In this document: positions 26,550 through 34,597 of the stretch, in pieces
Numbering within the stretch: the stretch's first letter is position 1
Layout of the letters: the number at the start of each line of letters is the position of its first letter
Origin: Clostridia bacterium
GTDB taxonomy: Bacteria; Bacillota; Clostridia; Oscillospirales; CAG-272
Assembly: GCA_017472285.1 (NCBI GenBank)
Contig: JAFUQQ010000058.1
Span: 6,637-70,636, forward strand
Reading direction: 5' to 3'
Length of the DNA: 64,000 nucleotides
Made by a program: the position numbers and the translations under genes
Notes under the pieces: generated by a model
Told to the model about the DNA's origin: nothing
Seen by the model: only the letters and a program-made list of their open reading frames with translations
Database searches by the model: none

Positions 26550-27020
26550 ATGAATATCAGAAAAGCAGAAGAAAAAGATATCCCGCGCCTGATCGATCTT
26601 TTATACCAGGTTCACCGCGTTCATGCGGAAGGCAGACCGGATATTTTCCGTCTTGGCAATAAAAAATATACGGAAGATGAACTTCGCGTATTGCTTGCGA
26701 GTGAGAAAACGCCGATCTATGTTGCGGAAGATACGGACGAATATGTTTGCGGTTATGCATTTTGCGTATATCAGGAGGTCAAAGATGATATTTCCCTGAT
26801 GGATATGAAAACGCTTTATATCGATGATCTTTGCGTGGATGAATGTGTGCGCGGCAAGCATATCGGCAGTGCACTTTATGAACACGTACTGGCGGAAGCC
26901 AGACGCATGGGCTGTTATCACGTGACGTTGAATGTCTGGTGTCTGAATGAATCTGCAATGCGTTTCTATGAAAAATGCGGTCTTTCCCCTCTCAAGATCA
27001 CGATGGAAAAAATACTCTGA
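26550..27020 (+). CDS. GNAT family N-acetyltransferase
   Basis: MNIRKAEEKDIPRLIDL... and RGKHIGSALYEHVLAEARRMGCYHVTLNVWCLNESAMRFYEKCG. GGAGG upstream of the ATG at 26550. Confidence 0.85.
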   Translation: MNIRKAEEKDIPRLIDLLYQVHRVHAEGRPDIFRLGNKKYTEDELRVLLASEKTPIYVAEDTDEYVCGYAFCVYQEVKDDISLMDMKTLYIDDLCVDECVRGKHIGSALYEHVLAEARRMGCYHVTLNVWCLNESAMRFYEKCGLSPLKITMEKIL

Positions 27021-27250
27021 TCTTCGGTTATAACCGATATAAATTTCCATTTGCTGTTATTGTTGGTTGGCAAGATTTTGTGCATGATTACAACGAATTT
27101 GGGCATAATATCCAAAAGACTTTTAAGGTATTGCATCATTTCTACTGATTTGTGCATGAAAAAAGGTTGACTTTTGTCGGAAAATATATTATCATAAATT
27201 TGATGAATGTTTTTTAAAAAACATAGAAAAAACTATGGAGGACCAACAAA

Positions 27251-28873
27251 ATGGCTATTTCCACATCAATTTCGATGCTCAGAAGCAAAGCCAAACTTTC
27301 CGAAAAGGAATTTGGCGCGCTTCTTGACGTTTCGGAAGAAACCGTTATGAATTGGGAAAACGGCACACAGACACCCGATGTTGCACAGACTGTCCGCATC
27401 GCAAAAGAATTTCATATTTCTGCGGACAAGCTCATGGAAACGGGTATGAAAAAAGAAACCGTGATGCCCAAGGGTAATGAGATCAAGCCCAATTACGCAA
27501 AGCTTCCCGAATGGGAACTTTATTCCAAATCGCTCCGTTATGAATATATGCAGAGCGTGGAAGAAGGTCTTGATATTGAACAGTACAAACGACTTTTTGA
27601 TGCGATCGACGCGCTCCCGCCCAATGAATTCAAGGAGCAGATGGCTGACGTTCTTTTTGATATCGTTTCCCATGCGGATACCGTTGAGGGTTATCCCTAT
27701 AACGAACCTTCCGACCTTAAAGGGATTCAGGCACTCTGCGGCGAATATGATTTCCCGAAAAAAGAGCTGACCGAAGAAGCACTCAACGATAAGATCAAAG
27801 GCGCTTGGTACGGCAGAATCTGCGGTTGTTTGCTCGGCAAACCCGTGGAAGGTATTTCCTGCGAGGAATTGACTTCGCTTCTCAAGGAAACGGGCAACTA
27901 TCCCATGACGAGATATATTCTCGAAAGCGATCTGACGGAAGATATGTATGACAAATACAAATTCCCGCTCGAAGGCAAATGCTATGCGGATACGATCGAA
28001 TGGGCACCCGTGGATGACGATACGAACTATGTTGCGCTCGCGCAAGTTCTGATCCGTAAATACGGATTGGATTTCAAACCTAAGCACGTTGCTGATCTTT
28101 GGATGGCGCGTCAGGGCAAGAATGCGTACTGCACGGCGGAAAGAATCGCTTTCTGCAATTTCATCAAGGGCATCATGCCTCCTTATTCCGCGATGCATAA
28201 GAACAGCTACCGCGAATGGATCGGCGCACAGATCAGAGGCGACTATTTCGGTTATATCAATCCCGGTAATCCGAAAAAAGCGGCAGATATGGCTTGGCGT
28301 GACGCTTGTATCTCTCATGTCAAGAACGGTATCTACGGCGAGATGTTCGCGGCGGCAATGATCGCTTGCGCGGCAGTGACAGACGATATCGAAGATATCA
28401 TCAAGGGCGGTCTTGCGGAAATCCCAACGACTTCCCGACTTTATGCGAAGATCATGAGCGTGCTCGAAGATTATCATAATGGCGTGGGCTTCTATGAAGC
28501 GATCGAAAAGATCAAAGAAGAATACGATCCTTCCAATTCTCACGGCTGGACACATACCATTTCCAATGCGGCGATCGTCGTTCTGGCACTCTTGCACGGC
28601 GAAGGCGATTACGGCAAATCCATCTGCCGCGCGGTCGAAGTCGGTTACGATACGGACTGCAACGGTGCGACCGTTGGTTCGATCATTGGTATCCGCAACG
28701 GTTTCGCTGCCATCGATGAAGTCTGGACAAAACCCGTGAACAGTAAATTGGAAACGAGCATCTTCGGTGTCGGTATTCTCGATCTCGATAAAGCGGCGGC
28801 AAGAACCATGAAGCATATCAAGGGCGAAACCGAGGACGAAGAAGACAAAAAGAAAAAGAGAAAAAAATCTTAA
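27251..28873 (+). CDS. XRE-type HTH domain fused to an ADP-ribosylglycohydrolase (ARH) domain
   Basis: N-terminus LSEKEFGALLDVSEETVMNWENGTQTPD (HTH). C-terminal roughly 350 aa carry the ARH signatures KGAWYGRICGCLLGKPVEG, DDDTNY and GYDTDCNGATVGSIIG. Lys-rich tail. Confidence 0.85.
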   Translation: MAISTSISMLRSKAKLSEKEFGALLDVSEETVMNWENGTQTPDVAQTVRIAKEFHISADKLMETGMKKETVMPKGNEIKPNYAKLPEWELYSKSLRYEYMQSVEEGLDIEQYKRLFDAIDALPPNEFKEQMADVLFDIVSHADTVEGYPYNEPSDLKGIQALCGEYDFPKKELTEEALNDKIKGAWYGRICGCLLGKPVEGISCEELTSLLKETGNYPMTRYILESDLTEDMYDKYKFPLEGKCYADTIEWAPVDDDTNYVALAQVLIRKYGLDFKPKHVADLWMARQGKNAYCTAERIAFCNFIKGIMPPYSAMHKNSYREWIGAQIRGDYFGYINPGNPKKAADMAWRDACISHVKNGIYGEMFAAAMIACAAVTDDIEDIIKGGLAEIPTTSRLYAKIMSVLEDYHNGVGFYEAIEKIKEEYDPSNSHGWTHTISNAAIVVLALLHGEGDYGKSICRAVEVGYDTDCNGATVGSIIGIRNGFAAIDEVWTKPVNSKLETSIFGVGILDLDKAAARTMKHIKGETEDEEDKKKKRKKS

Positions 28874-28905
28874 ACGGTTTTTGTCTTTGGATTGGAGGAA
28901 ATAAC

Positions 28906-30477
28906 ATGGCATTTTCCGATAAAATATATAAATTCAGAAAAACGCGGGGACTTTCCGAAGAAGCTTTCGGTGAACTTTTTGCCGTTTCCGCAGATGACGT
29001 TCGCGCATGGGAAGCGGGCTGTTATCCCGAAAGAGAAAAGATCATGGAGATCGCTTCTTATTTCGGCTTGACCTGTGATGAACTTCTCATTCAGAATGAT
29101 TACGCGGATTATGATCTTCCGATCGGTGAAGATATTCTTCCCGATTTTGAAAGCATCAATCCGTATGAAGCATATACCAAATCTTTGATGTATGAATATA
29201 TGCAGAGCATCCGTGAAGGACGTGATGCTGCGCTCTATAATAAAGTTTTGTTGGCATTCCGCAGATTGCCTGAAAGCATCTATAAAACAAGACTTGGCGA
29301 TATTCTTTTTGAAGCACTTCAGAATTGCAGAATGCGCGATGATTTCAAATTCATTGAGCCTTCCGATCTTGAGAACATCAAGAATCTTCGCAAACCGTAC
29401 ACCTTTGAAAGAAAGGAACTGACAAAAGACGTTCTTCGCGATAAAGTCAAAGGTGCTTGGCTCGGCAGAATCAGCGGCTGTCTGCTCGGCAAACCGATCG
29501 AAGGTATCGGTTTTGAAGAAATCGAATCCCTTCTGAAAGAAACGAATAACTATCCGATGGAACGCTATATCAAAGCAAGTGAGATCACGGAAGAAATGTA
29601 CGGACGTTATAAATACAATCTCCGCGGCAGATGCTTTGCGGATACTGTCGAATATGCGCCTTGGGATGACGATACGAACTACGTCGTGATCGCACAGTGC
29701 CTGCTCGATAAATACGGCAGAGATTTCACACCTGATGATATGGCGAAGATCTGGCTCAGCGTACAGGGCAAAGACGCTTATTGCACAGCGGAAAGAGTTG
29801 CTTTCCGTAACTTTGTTAACGGTTATAAGCCCCCGTATTCTGCGATCTATAAGAATCCTTACCGTGAAATGATCGGCGCACAGATCAGAGGCGACTATTT
29901 CGGTTATATCAATCCCGGTGATCCCGAAAAAGCGGCAGAAATGGCATTCCGTGATGCTTGTATCTCCCATACGAAGAACGGTATCTATGGTGAAATGTTC
30001 GCGGCGGCTATGATCGCTTGCGCGGCTGTTACGGATAATATCGAAGATATCATCCGCGGAGGTCTTGCGGAAATTCCCGAAACGTCCCGTCTTTACGATA
30101 AGATCACTCGTGTTATCGATGATTACAAGAACGGCGTGACGAGAGAAGAAGCGTATGCGCGCGTCAAAGAAGAATATCAGATCAAGGATACGGATAGCTG
30201 GTTACATACGATTCCCAACGCGGCTATCGTTGCCATCGCTCTCCTTTATGGCGAGGGTGATTTCGGCAAATCCATCTGCGCTTCCGTTGAAGTTGGTTAT
30301 GACACAGACTGCAACGGCGCGACCGTTGGCTCTGTTATGGGTATGCGCAATGGTACTGCGGGCATCGGTGAAGAATGGACGGCTCCCATTAACGGCAAAC
30401 TGGAAACGACCATTTTCGGTGTCGGTATTCTCGATATTGACGAGGCGGCTGAAAAGACGATGTCCCACATGGCATAA
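28906..30477 (+). CDS. XRE-type HTH / ADP-ribosylglycohydrolase fusion, paralogue of the preceding gene
   Basis: Same architecture. Collinear and highly similar by eye, including a 48-nt identical DNA stretch (28220-28267 = 29872-29919). GGAGG SD. Confidence 0.85.
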   Translation: MAFSDKIYKFRKTRGLSEEAFGELFAVSADDVRAWEAGCYPEREKIMEIASYFGLTCDELLIQNDYADYDLPIGEDILPDFESINPYEAYTKSLMYEYMQSIREGRDAALYNKVLLAFRRLPESIYKTRLGDILFEALQNCRMRDDFKFIEPSDLENIKNLRKPYTFERKELTKDVLRDKVKGAWLGRISGCLLGKPIEGIGFEEIESLLKETNNYPMERYIKASEITEEMYGRYKYNLRGRCFADTVEYAPWDDDTNYVVIAQCLLDKYGRDFTPDDMAKIWLSVQGKDAYCTAERVAFRNFVNGYKPPYSAIYKNPYREMIGAQIRGDYFGYINPGDPEKAAEMAFRDACISHTKNGIYGEMFAAAMIACAAVTDNIEDIIRGGLAEIPETSRLYDKITRVIDDYKNGVTREEAYARVKEEYQIKDTDSWLHTIPNAAIVAIALLYGEGDFGKSICASVEVGYDTDCNGATVGSVMGMRNGTAGIGEEWTAPINGKLETTIFGVGILDIDEAAEKTMSHMA

Positions 30478-30493
30478 GTTGTTGAGGCACGCG

Positions 30494-30552
30494 CCCCAAA
30501 CCCCCGCAAGTGCTGTTTTTGAAAAAACACCCTTGATCCCCAAAAACTTTTA
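30494..30552. repeat. intergenic palindromic repeat, copy 4 (inverted, diverged)
   Basis: Contains CCCCAAACCCCC and AAAAACTTTTA modules (the reverse complements of GGGGTTTGGGG and AAAAGTTTTT). Confidence 0.45.
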
Positions 30553-30602
30553 TAATGAACGCTCGGAGATTTTCTTCGGGCGTTTTTGTTTATAAGGTGA
30601 AT

Positions 30603-30636
30603 AAAAATCTCCCATCCGATCGGATGGGAGATTTTG
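30603..30636. terminator. bidirectional rho-independent terminator
   Basis: AAAATCTCCCATCCGATCGGATGGGAGATTTT, a perfect palindrome between convergent operons. Confidence 0.85.
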
Positions 30637-30656
30637 TGTTGTGAGGATCAGCTCAC

Positions 30657-30875
30657 TCAGTATTTATCAGATTCTTCGACTTCTTTTTCAACGTCGGCTT
30701 TCATTTTTTCGATCTTTTTGATAGCGAAATTGGTGAAAAGGACGACAACGATGATGAGCGCGATAACGACGAAGATCGCAAGCAAGCCTTGCCACATGAT
30801 CTGCAACGATGCTTTGATCGTTTCGGGATTCATGGGATCCAAGCTGCTGAATATTTGTTTGAATGTTTCCAACAT
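30657..30875 (-). CDS. OadG-like small membrane subunit of a Na+-translocating decarboxylase
   Basis: 72 aa with a single TM segment (GLLAIFVVIALIIVVVLF) and an acidic tail. Immediately downstream of the beta subunit. Confidence 0.5.
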   Translation of the reverse strand: MLETFKQIFSSLDPMNPETIKASLQIMWQGLLAIFVVIALIIVVVLFTNFAIKKIEKMKADVEKEVEESDKY

Positions 30876-30919
30876 ATTCTGAAAATTTCCTTTCTCGATA
30901 AATTAGACAGGGAACGTGA

Positions 30920-32038
30920 TTACATCAGTTTGGTAACAAGACCGATGATAAGACCGCCGACAACCGCGGATGCGATCTGACCGGAAACGTTCGCGCCGAC
31001 TGCGTGCATAAGAAGATGGTTTGAGGAATCTTCTTTCAGGCCCATTTTCTGTACGACACGGGCAGCCATCGGGAATGCAGAAATACCTGCTGCGCCGATC
31101 ATGGGATTGATCTTTTCTTTGCTGAAAAGGTTCATGAATTTTGCGCACATAACACCGCCGATGGTATCGAATACGAACGCAAAAAGACCGAGCAACATGA
31201 TGATAACGGTTTCGATACGGAGGAACTTGTCCGCCTGCATCTGAAAAGCGATGGTGATACCGAGGAGAAGGGTGATGATATTTGCGAAAACGGTCTGTGC
31301 GGTATCGGAAAGGGATTTCAGAACGCCGCATTCACGGATAAGGTTACCGAACATGAGCATACCGACGAGGGAGAGGGATTCGGGAGCGATCAGACCAGAA
31401 ATGATCGTTACGATGATCGGGAACATGATACGTGTTGCCTGAGAGATTTCGCCGGAAGCGTATTTCATATGGATGGTACGTTCTTTTTTAGTTGTACACA
31501 TCTTGATAACGAGGGGCTGTACGATCGGAACGAGTGCCATATAAGAATAAGCAACGACGACGATCGCGGAGAGATATTGGGAATTAAGGGTGTTTGCAAC
31601 GTGGATAGCGGTAGGACCGTCAGCCGCGCCGATGATACCGATGGAAGCCGCGTCGGTCAGCGGGAAGCCGATCATAGCCGCGAGAAGAACGGTGATGAAG
31701 ATACCGAACTGTGCCGCGCCACCGAGGATAAAGAGCTTGGGGTTGGTAAGCAGGGGACCGAAGTCGATCATGGCACCGATACCAATGAAGAGGAGCAAAG
31801 GCATTGCTTCGCTGGCTTCGATACCGACTGCGAAAAGGGAAGAAATGATACCGCTTCCTTCTTTGATAACGGGGGAAAGCGGAAGGTTAACGAGGATCGC
31901 ACCGAAGCCCATAGGGAGCAGGAGCGCGGGTTCCATATCTTTTTTGATGGCAAGATAAATAAGAAGTGCGCCGATTGCCCACATCGCAACTTGCGAGATG
32001 GTCAGCTGTTTAAAACCTTCAATAAGAAAGTCGAGCAT
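30920..32038 (-). CDS. sodium ion-translocating decarboxylase beta subunit (OadB/GcdB/MmdB family)
   Basis: Polytopic membrane protein with characteristic IGIIGAADGPTAI and LLMHAVGANVSGQIASAVVGG segments. GGAGG upstream of MLDFLIEG. Confidence 0.88.
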   Translation of the reverse strand: MLDFLIEGFKQLTISQVAMWAIGALLIYLAIKKDMEPALLLPMGFGAILVNLPLSPVIKEGSGIISSLFAVGIEASEAMPLLLFIGIGAMIDFGPLLTNPKLFILGGAAQFGIFITVLLAAMIGFPLTDAASIGIIGAADGPTAIHVANTLNSQYLSAIVVVAYSYMALVPIVQPLVIKMCTTKKERTIHMKYASGEISQATRIMFPIIVTIISGLIAPESLSLVGMLMFGNLIRECGVLKSLSDTAQTVFANIITLLLGITIAFQMQADKFLRIETVIIMLLGLFAFVFDTIGGVMCAKFMNLFSKEKINPMIGAAGISAFPMAARVVQKMGLKEDSSNHLLMHAVGANVSGQIASAVVGGLIIGLVTKLM

Positions 32039-32163
32039 AAAAACCTCCGAGTTTTTCAAATTTTATTGCGCTGAAAGAGATGATTCGCGTATCAAAAACG
32101 CGAGCGGATGAAAGTCTACCCTCCTTTTTGTTCATGGTTTGTTTAAATATTATTAACATTAAT

Positions 32164-32192
32164 ATCATACCATTTTTTAAGAAATAAGTCAA
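32164..32192 (-). promoter_or_regulatory. promoter TTGACT-17-TGgTATGAT for the decarboxylase genes
   Basis: Read on the minus strand. Leaves a roughly 120-nt 5' UTR. Confidence 0.5.
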
Positions 32193-32232
32193 GTTAGAAA
32201 TGGGGCGATATTCAAATTTGTATAAAAATTTG

Positions 32233-33039
32233 TCAAATTTTTGAGGATTCGTCTTCGATGAGCATATAATTTTTCAGTTCGGGCAGGAGAAATTCCTCTT
32301 TGTGTGTAAGGATATAATTTTGAGCATCCATACTTCCGTGGTTTTTTGCCGCATCCAAAAGGAGCTGTTCACCTGTCATGCGGTCGATCTCAGAGCCTCC
32401 TTCATCGTTGCTTTCAAAGGAAAGCCCCGCGAAACGTGCTTGTGCCAGAAGATATTTGGCATCTCCGATGAAACGTCCTGCATATGCTTCATCCTGTGCG
32501 GCAGCAAGTGTCAGCATTCGCATGGCATCGCTTTCTGATTGTATGATCGTTGTAATGCGTTCATCATCGCCCTCTAAAAACGCATAACCATCCAATAACG
32601 GAAATGGCGGATCATAAAGTGGTTTATGATAGGGCAGTGTTGTTACGGCAAAAACGGATGGTGTTTGCAAATATCCCGAAAGATAAACGCCTGCCAGATA
32701 AAGCTGTGCTTCGATACAGCCCATTTCCGCGCTTTTTTCCATATATTCCAATGCACGCGGATAGCTTTGTGCGGTTCCGAGTCCGAAAAAATAAAAGATA
32801 GCGAGATTGTAGGCGGCTTCTCCAAAATCACCGTCCATGCCATAGAGATAATATTCATGGGCTTTTTCATAGCTTTGCCGAATACCGAATCCAAATTCGT
32901 ACATATATGCCACAAATGATGCGGAACGGGCATCCGCATATGTATCGGCACCCATCAGAAAATGGCAGAAAGCTGCCGTGTATTTACCGTCCAGAAAGAG
33001 AACCGTACCTTCGCTGCGGTCGTATGTTTGATTTTCCAT
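32233..33039 (-). CDS. Sel1-like (SLR/TPR) repeat protein
   Basis: Repeated A..Y..G.G...S...A..Y..KSAE.G...A units (for example AAYNLAIFYFFGLGTAQSYPRALEYMEKSAEMGCIEAQ). Confidence 0.65.
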   Translation of the reverse strand: MENQTYDRSEGTVLFLDGKYTAAFCHFLMGADTYADARSASFVAYMYEFGFGIRQSYEKAHEYYLYGMDGDFGEAAYNLAIFYFFGLGTAQSYPRALEYMEKSAEMGCIEAQLYLAGVYLSGYLQTPSVFAVTTLPYHKPLYDPPFPLLDGYAFLEGDDERITTIIQSESDAMRMLTLAAAQDEAYAGRFIGDAKYLLAQARFAGLSFESNDEGGSEIDRMTGEQLLLDAAKNHGSMDAQNYILTHKEEFLLPELKNYMLIEDESSKI

Positions 33040-33105
33040 AGTCTTACCTCTTTTCATTCATATTGGGATTATTATGGTACTATAAAAATCACGAAAATAC
33101 AAGTC

Positions 33106-33208
33106 TTGATTTTTTGGGGATTTTGTGGTATAATATATATAGAAAAAGCGGATGCTCTCCGCTTCGGACTATTGAAAAAGCACCCGTGTCAAGCGGGTGC
33201 TTTTATCT
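33106..33208 (+). ncRNA. candidate small RNA (promoter TTGATT-17-TGgTATAAT, roughly 68-nt transcript, two hairpins, U-tract)
   Basis: Strong promoter at 33106-33134 with no ORF behind it. Hairpin AGCGGA/TCCGCT, then AAAGCACCCG/CGGGTGCTTT + TTAT. The 3' end is antisense to the stop region of the XRE gene. Confidence 0.35.
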
Positions 33209-33409
33209 ATTGATGTTGGGATTATTTGTTCGTTCCAAGAGATAGTCAATGGAAACATCAAAATAATCTGCAAGTGCGATCAAAGTGGCGTAATCAGCTT
33301 CTCGTTCGCCGGTTTCATATCGGCTGATTGTATTTTGGTTCATATTTAAATCCATCGCAAGCTTTACTTGTGAAATTTTTCGGCTTTTCCGTAATTCTTT
33401 TAAACGCAT
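33203..33409 (-). CDS. XRE family HTH transcriptional regulator
   Basis: 68 aa. LKELRKSRKISQVKLAMDLNMNQNTISRYETGER. Confidence 0.85.
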   Translation of the reverse strand: MRLKELRKSRKISQVKLAMDLNMNQNTISRYETGEREADYATLIALADYFDVSIDYLLERTNNPNINR

Positions 33410-33434
33410 TTTTCACCTAAAAATAAAAAAACTC

Positions 33435-33463
33435 TTGACTTTATTATACCATTGTGGTATAAT
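33435..33463 (+). promoter_or_regulatory. promoter TTGACT-17-TATAAT overlapped by palindrome ATACCATTGTGGTAT (33446-33460)
   Basis: A 6-3-6 palindrome lies across the spacer/-10, in the divergent region next to the XRE gene. Confidence 0.5.
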
Positions 33464-33501
33464 CAAAATATCCCATTTTGGTATATTGAAAGGAGATTTT
33501 T

Positions 33502-34554
33502 ATGCCAAACTATTCGAGTGTTTCCCCTTTTGACAAAGCTGTATCGAATTTTTCCGAAAACTATAACGACGAAGCTTTGATTCAAAAATATCATTCCTAT
33601 CCTCTCAAAAGTTTAATTTTGAATTTGATTACCCTATCGTTTTTTATTGCATGGCTTGTGATTGCCAATATTTATGAAAATCCGAGTTATTTGCAATTCT
33701 TGCTTCCGCCGGTCTTGGGGTGCTTGAGCATCGTTCTTACGCAAAAGATATGTCCGCCTTATTATAAAAAGGCGATTGCACAGGTGATGATGCAAAAATA
33801 CAAGAAAGCCCCAGATAGCGTTAAAAATCCGTATTATTATTTTTACAGAAGAGAAAAAGAAGTTCTTGGCTCGGTGAAAAAAAGACCTGCGGAGCTCGTT
33901 ATCAAAATCGTTGGTATCGTTGTAAAAATTCTGAATATCATTTGCAACGTTTTCTGTGCGGTTGCATTGTCTGCGGTTTGCCTGATGCTTGCAGGAATTA
34001 TCAGCGTTTTCTTGGGTGCTGCGTATATTGTTTTTTTAGCAGGACGTGCGAATGGTTTGGCAGAATTGATGCTGCGTGCGGTAAAAGCATCTTGGATTCC
34101 CGTCAAGTGGAGCTTTTCATTTTTGTTCCGAGTGTTGTCCTTGAAGGATTTTCTTGGTATGGGAGAAACTACATATAGCGATGCTGATTTTTCATCCTCA
34201 AATTCTCAAAAAGGTTTTATCAATGATGCTTTCACAACCGATCCGAAAAAAATGGGGCAAAGCCTTTCAGAATTACGGCTCGATTCTTACCTGAGTCTTT
34301 CTGGTTTGATTTTGCCGAACGGCATTTCATGGAAGGGCACGCCTTCCGTTTCTTCGAGTGGCGCAACCGTATATGTTGATGGTGATTTGAAAGCAGAACC
34401 GTTTTTTAAAACAAAAGCTGACATTCAGCAAGCGGTTGATCAAAGCGTTCAGGCGGTCGCGGATCATTTAAAACCGCAGGTTGCTCGGTATTTCGCGGAT
34501 TATCCCAATGCACCTAAAGTTACTTATAATATTGAATTAACCTATACCGTTTAA
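33502..34554 (+). CDS. hypothetical multi-pass membrane protein
   Basis: 350 aa with at least four hydrophobic segments. AAAGGAG SD. No recognisable domain. Confidence 0.6.
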   Translation: MPNYSSVSPFDKAVSNFSENYNDEALIQKYHSYPLKSLILNLITLSFFIAWLVIANIYENPSYLQFLLPPVLGCLSIVLTQKICPPYYKKAIAQVMMQKYKKAPDSVKNPYYYFYRREKEVLGSVKKRPAELVIKIVGIVVKILNIICNVFCAVALSAVCLMLAGIISVFLGAAYIVFLAGRANGLAELMLRAVKASWIPVKWSFSFLFRVLSLKDFLGMGETTYSDADFSSSNSQKGFINDAFTTDPKKMGQSLSELRLDSYLSLSGLILPNGISWKGTPSVSSSGATVYVDGDLKAEPFFKTKADIQQAVDQSVQAVADHLKPQVARYFADYPNAPKVTYNIELTYTV

Positions 34555-34561
34555 TTCAAAA

Positions 34562-34597
34562 AGAAAATCCTTCCCATGCGGAAAGGATTTTTCTTTT
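34562..34597. terminator. bidirectional terminator
   Basis: AAATCCTTCC-CATG-CGGAAAGGATTT flanked by A and T runs, between convergent genes. Confidence 0.7.

Noticed and set aside
27266-29970. Two very long minus-strand ORFs (548 and 366 aa) covering the HTH-ARH genes.
   Set aside because: They mirror the + strand genes, whose HTH and ARH motifs are unambiguous. The antisense products have no recognisable motifs or starts with an SD.
30903-31331. Arg/His-rich 142-aa minus-strand ORF inside the oadB-like gene.
   Set aside because: It is an alternative frame of a well-supported membrane protein gene. The extreme composition is typical of an out-of-frame reading.
32060-32160. ATG-initiated reading frame in the oadB leader (MNKKEGRLSSARVFD...), considered as a leader peptide.
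   Set aside because: It has no SD in front of it, and it runs out of frame into oadB without a nearby stop. It is treated as untranslated leader.
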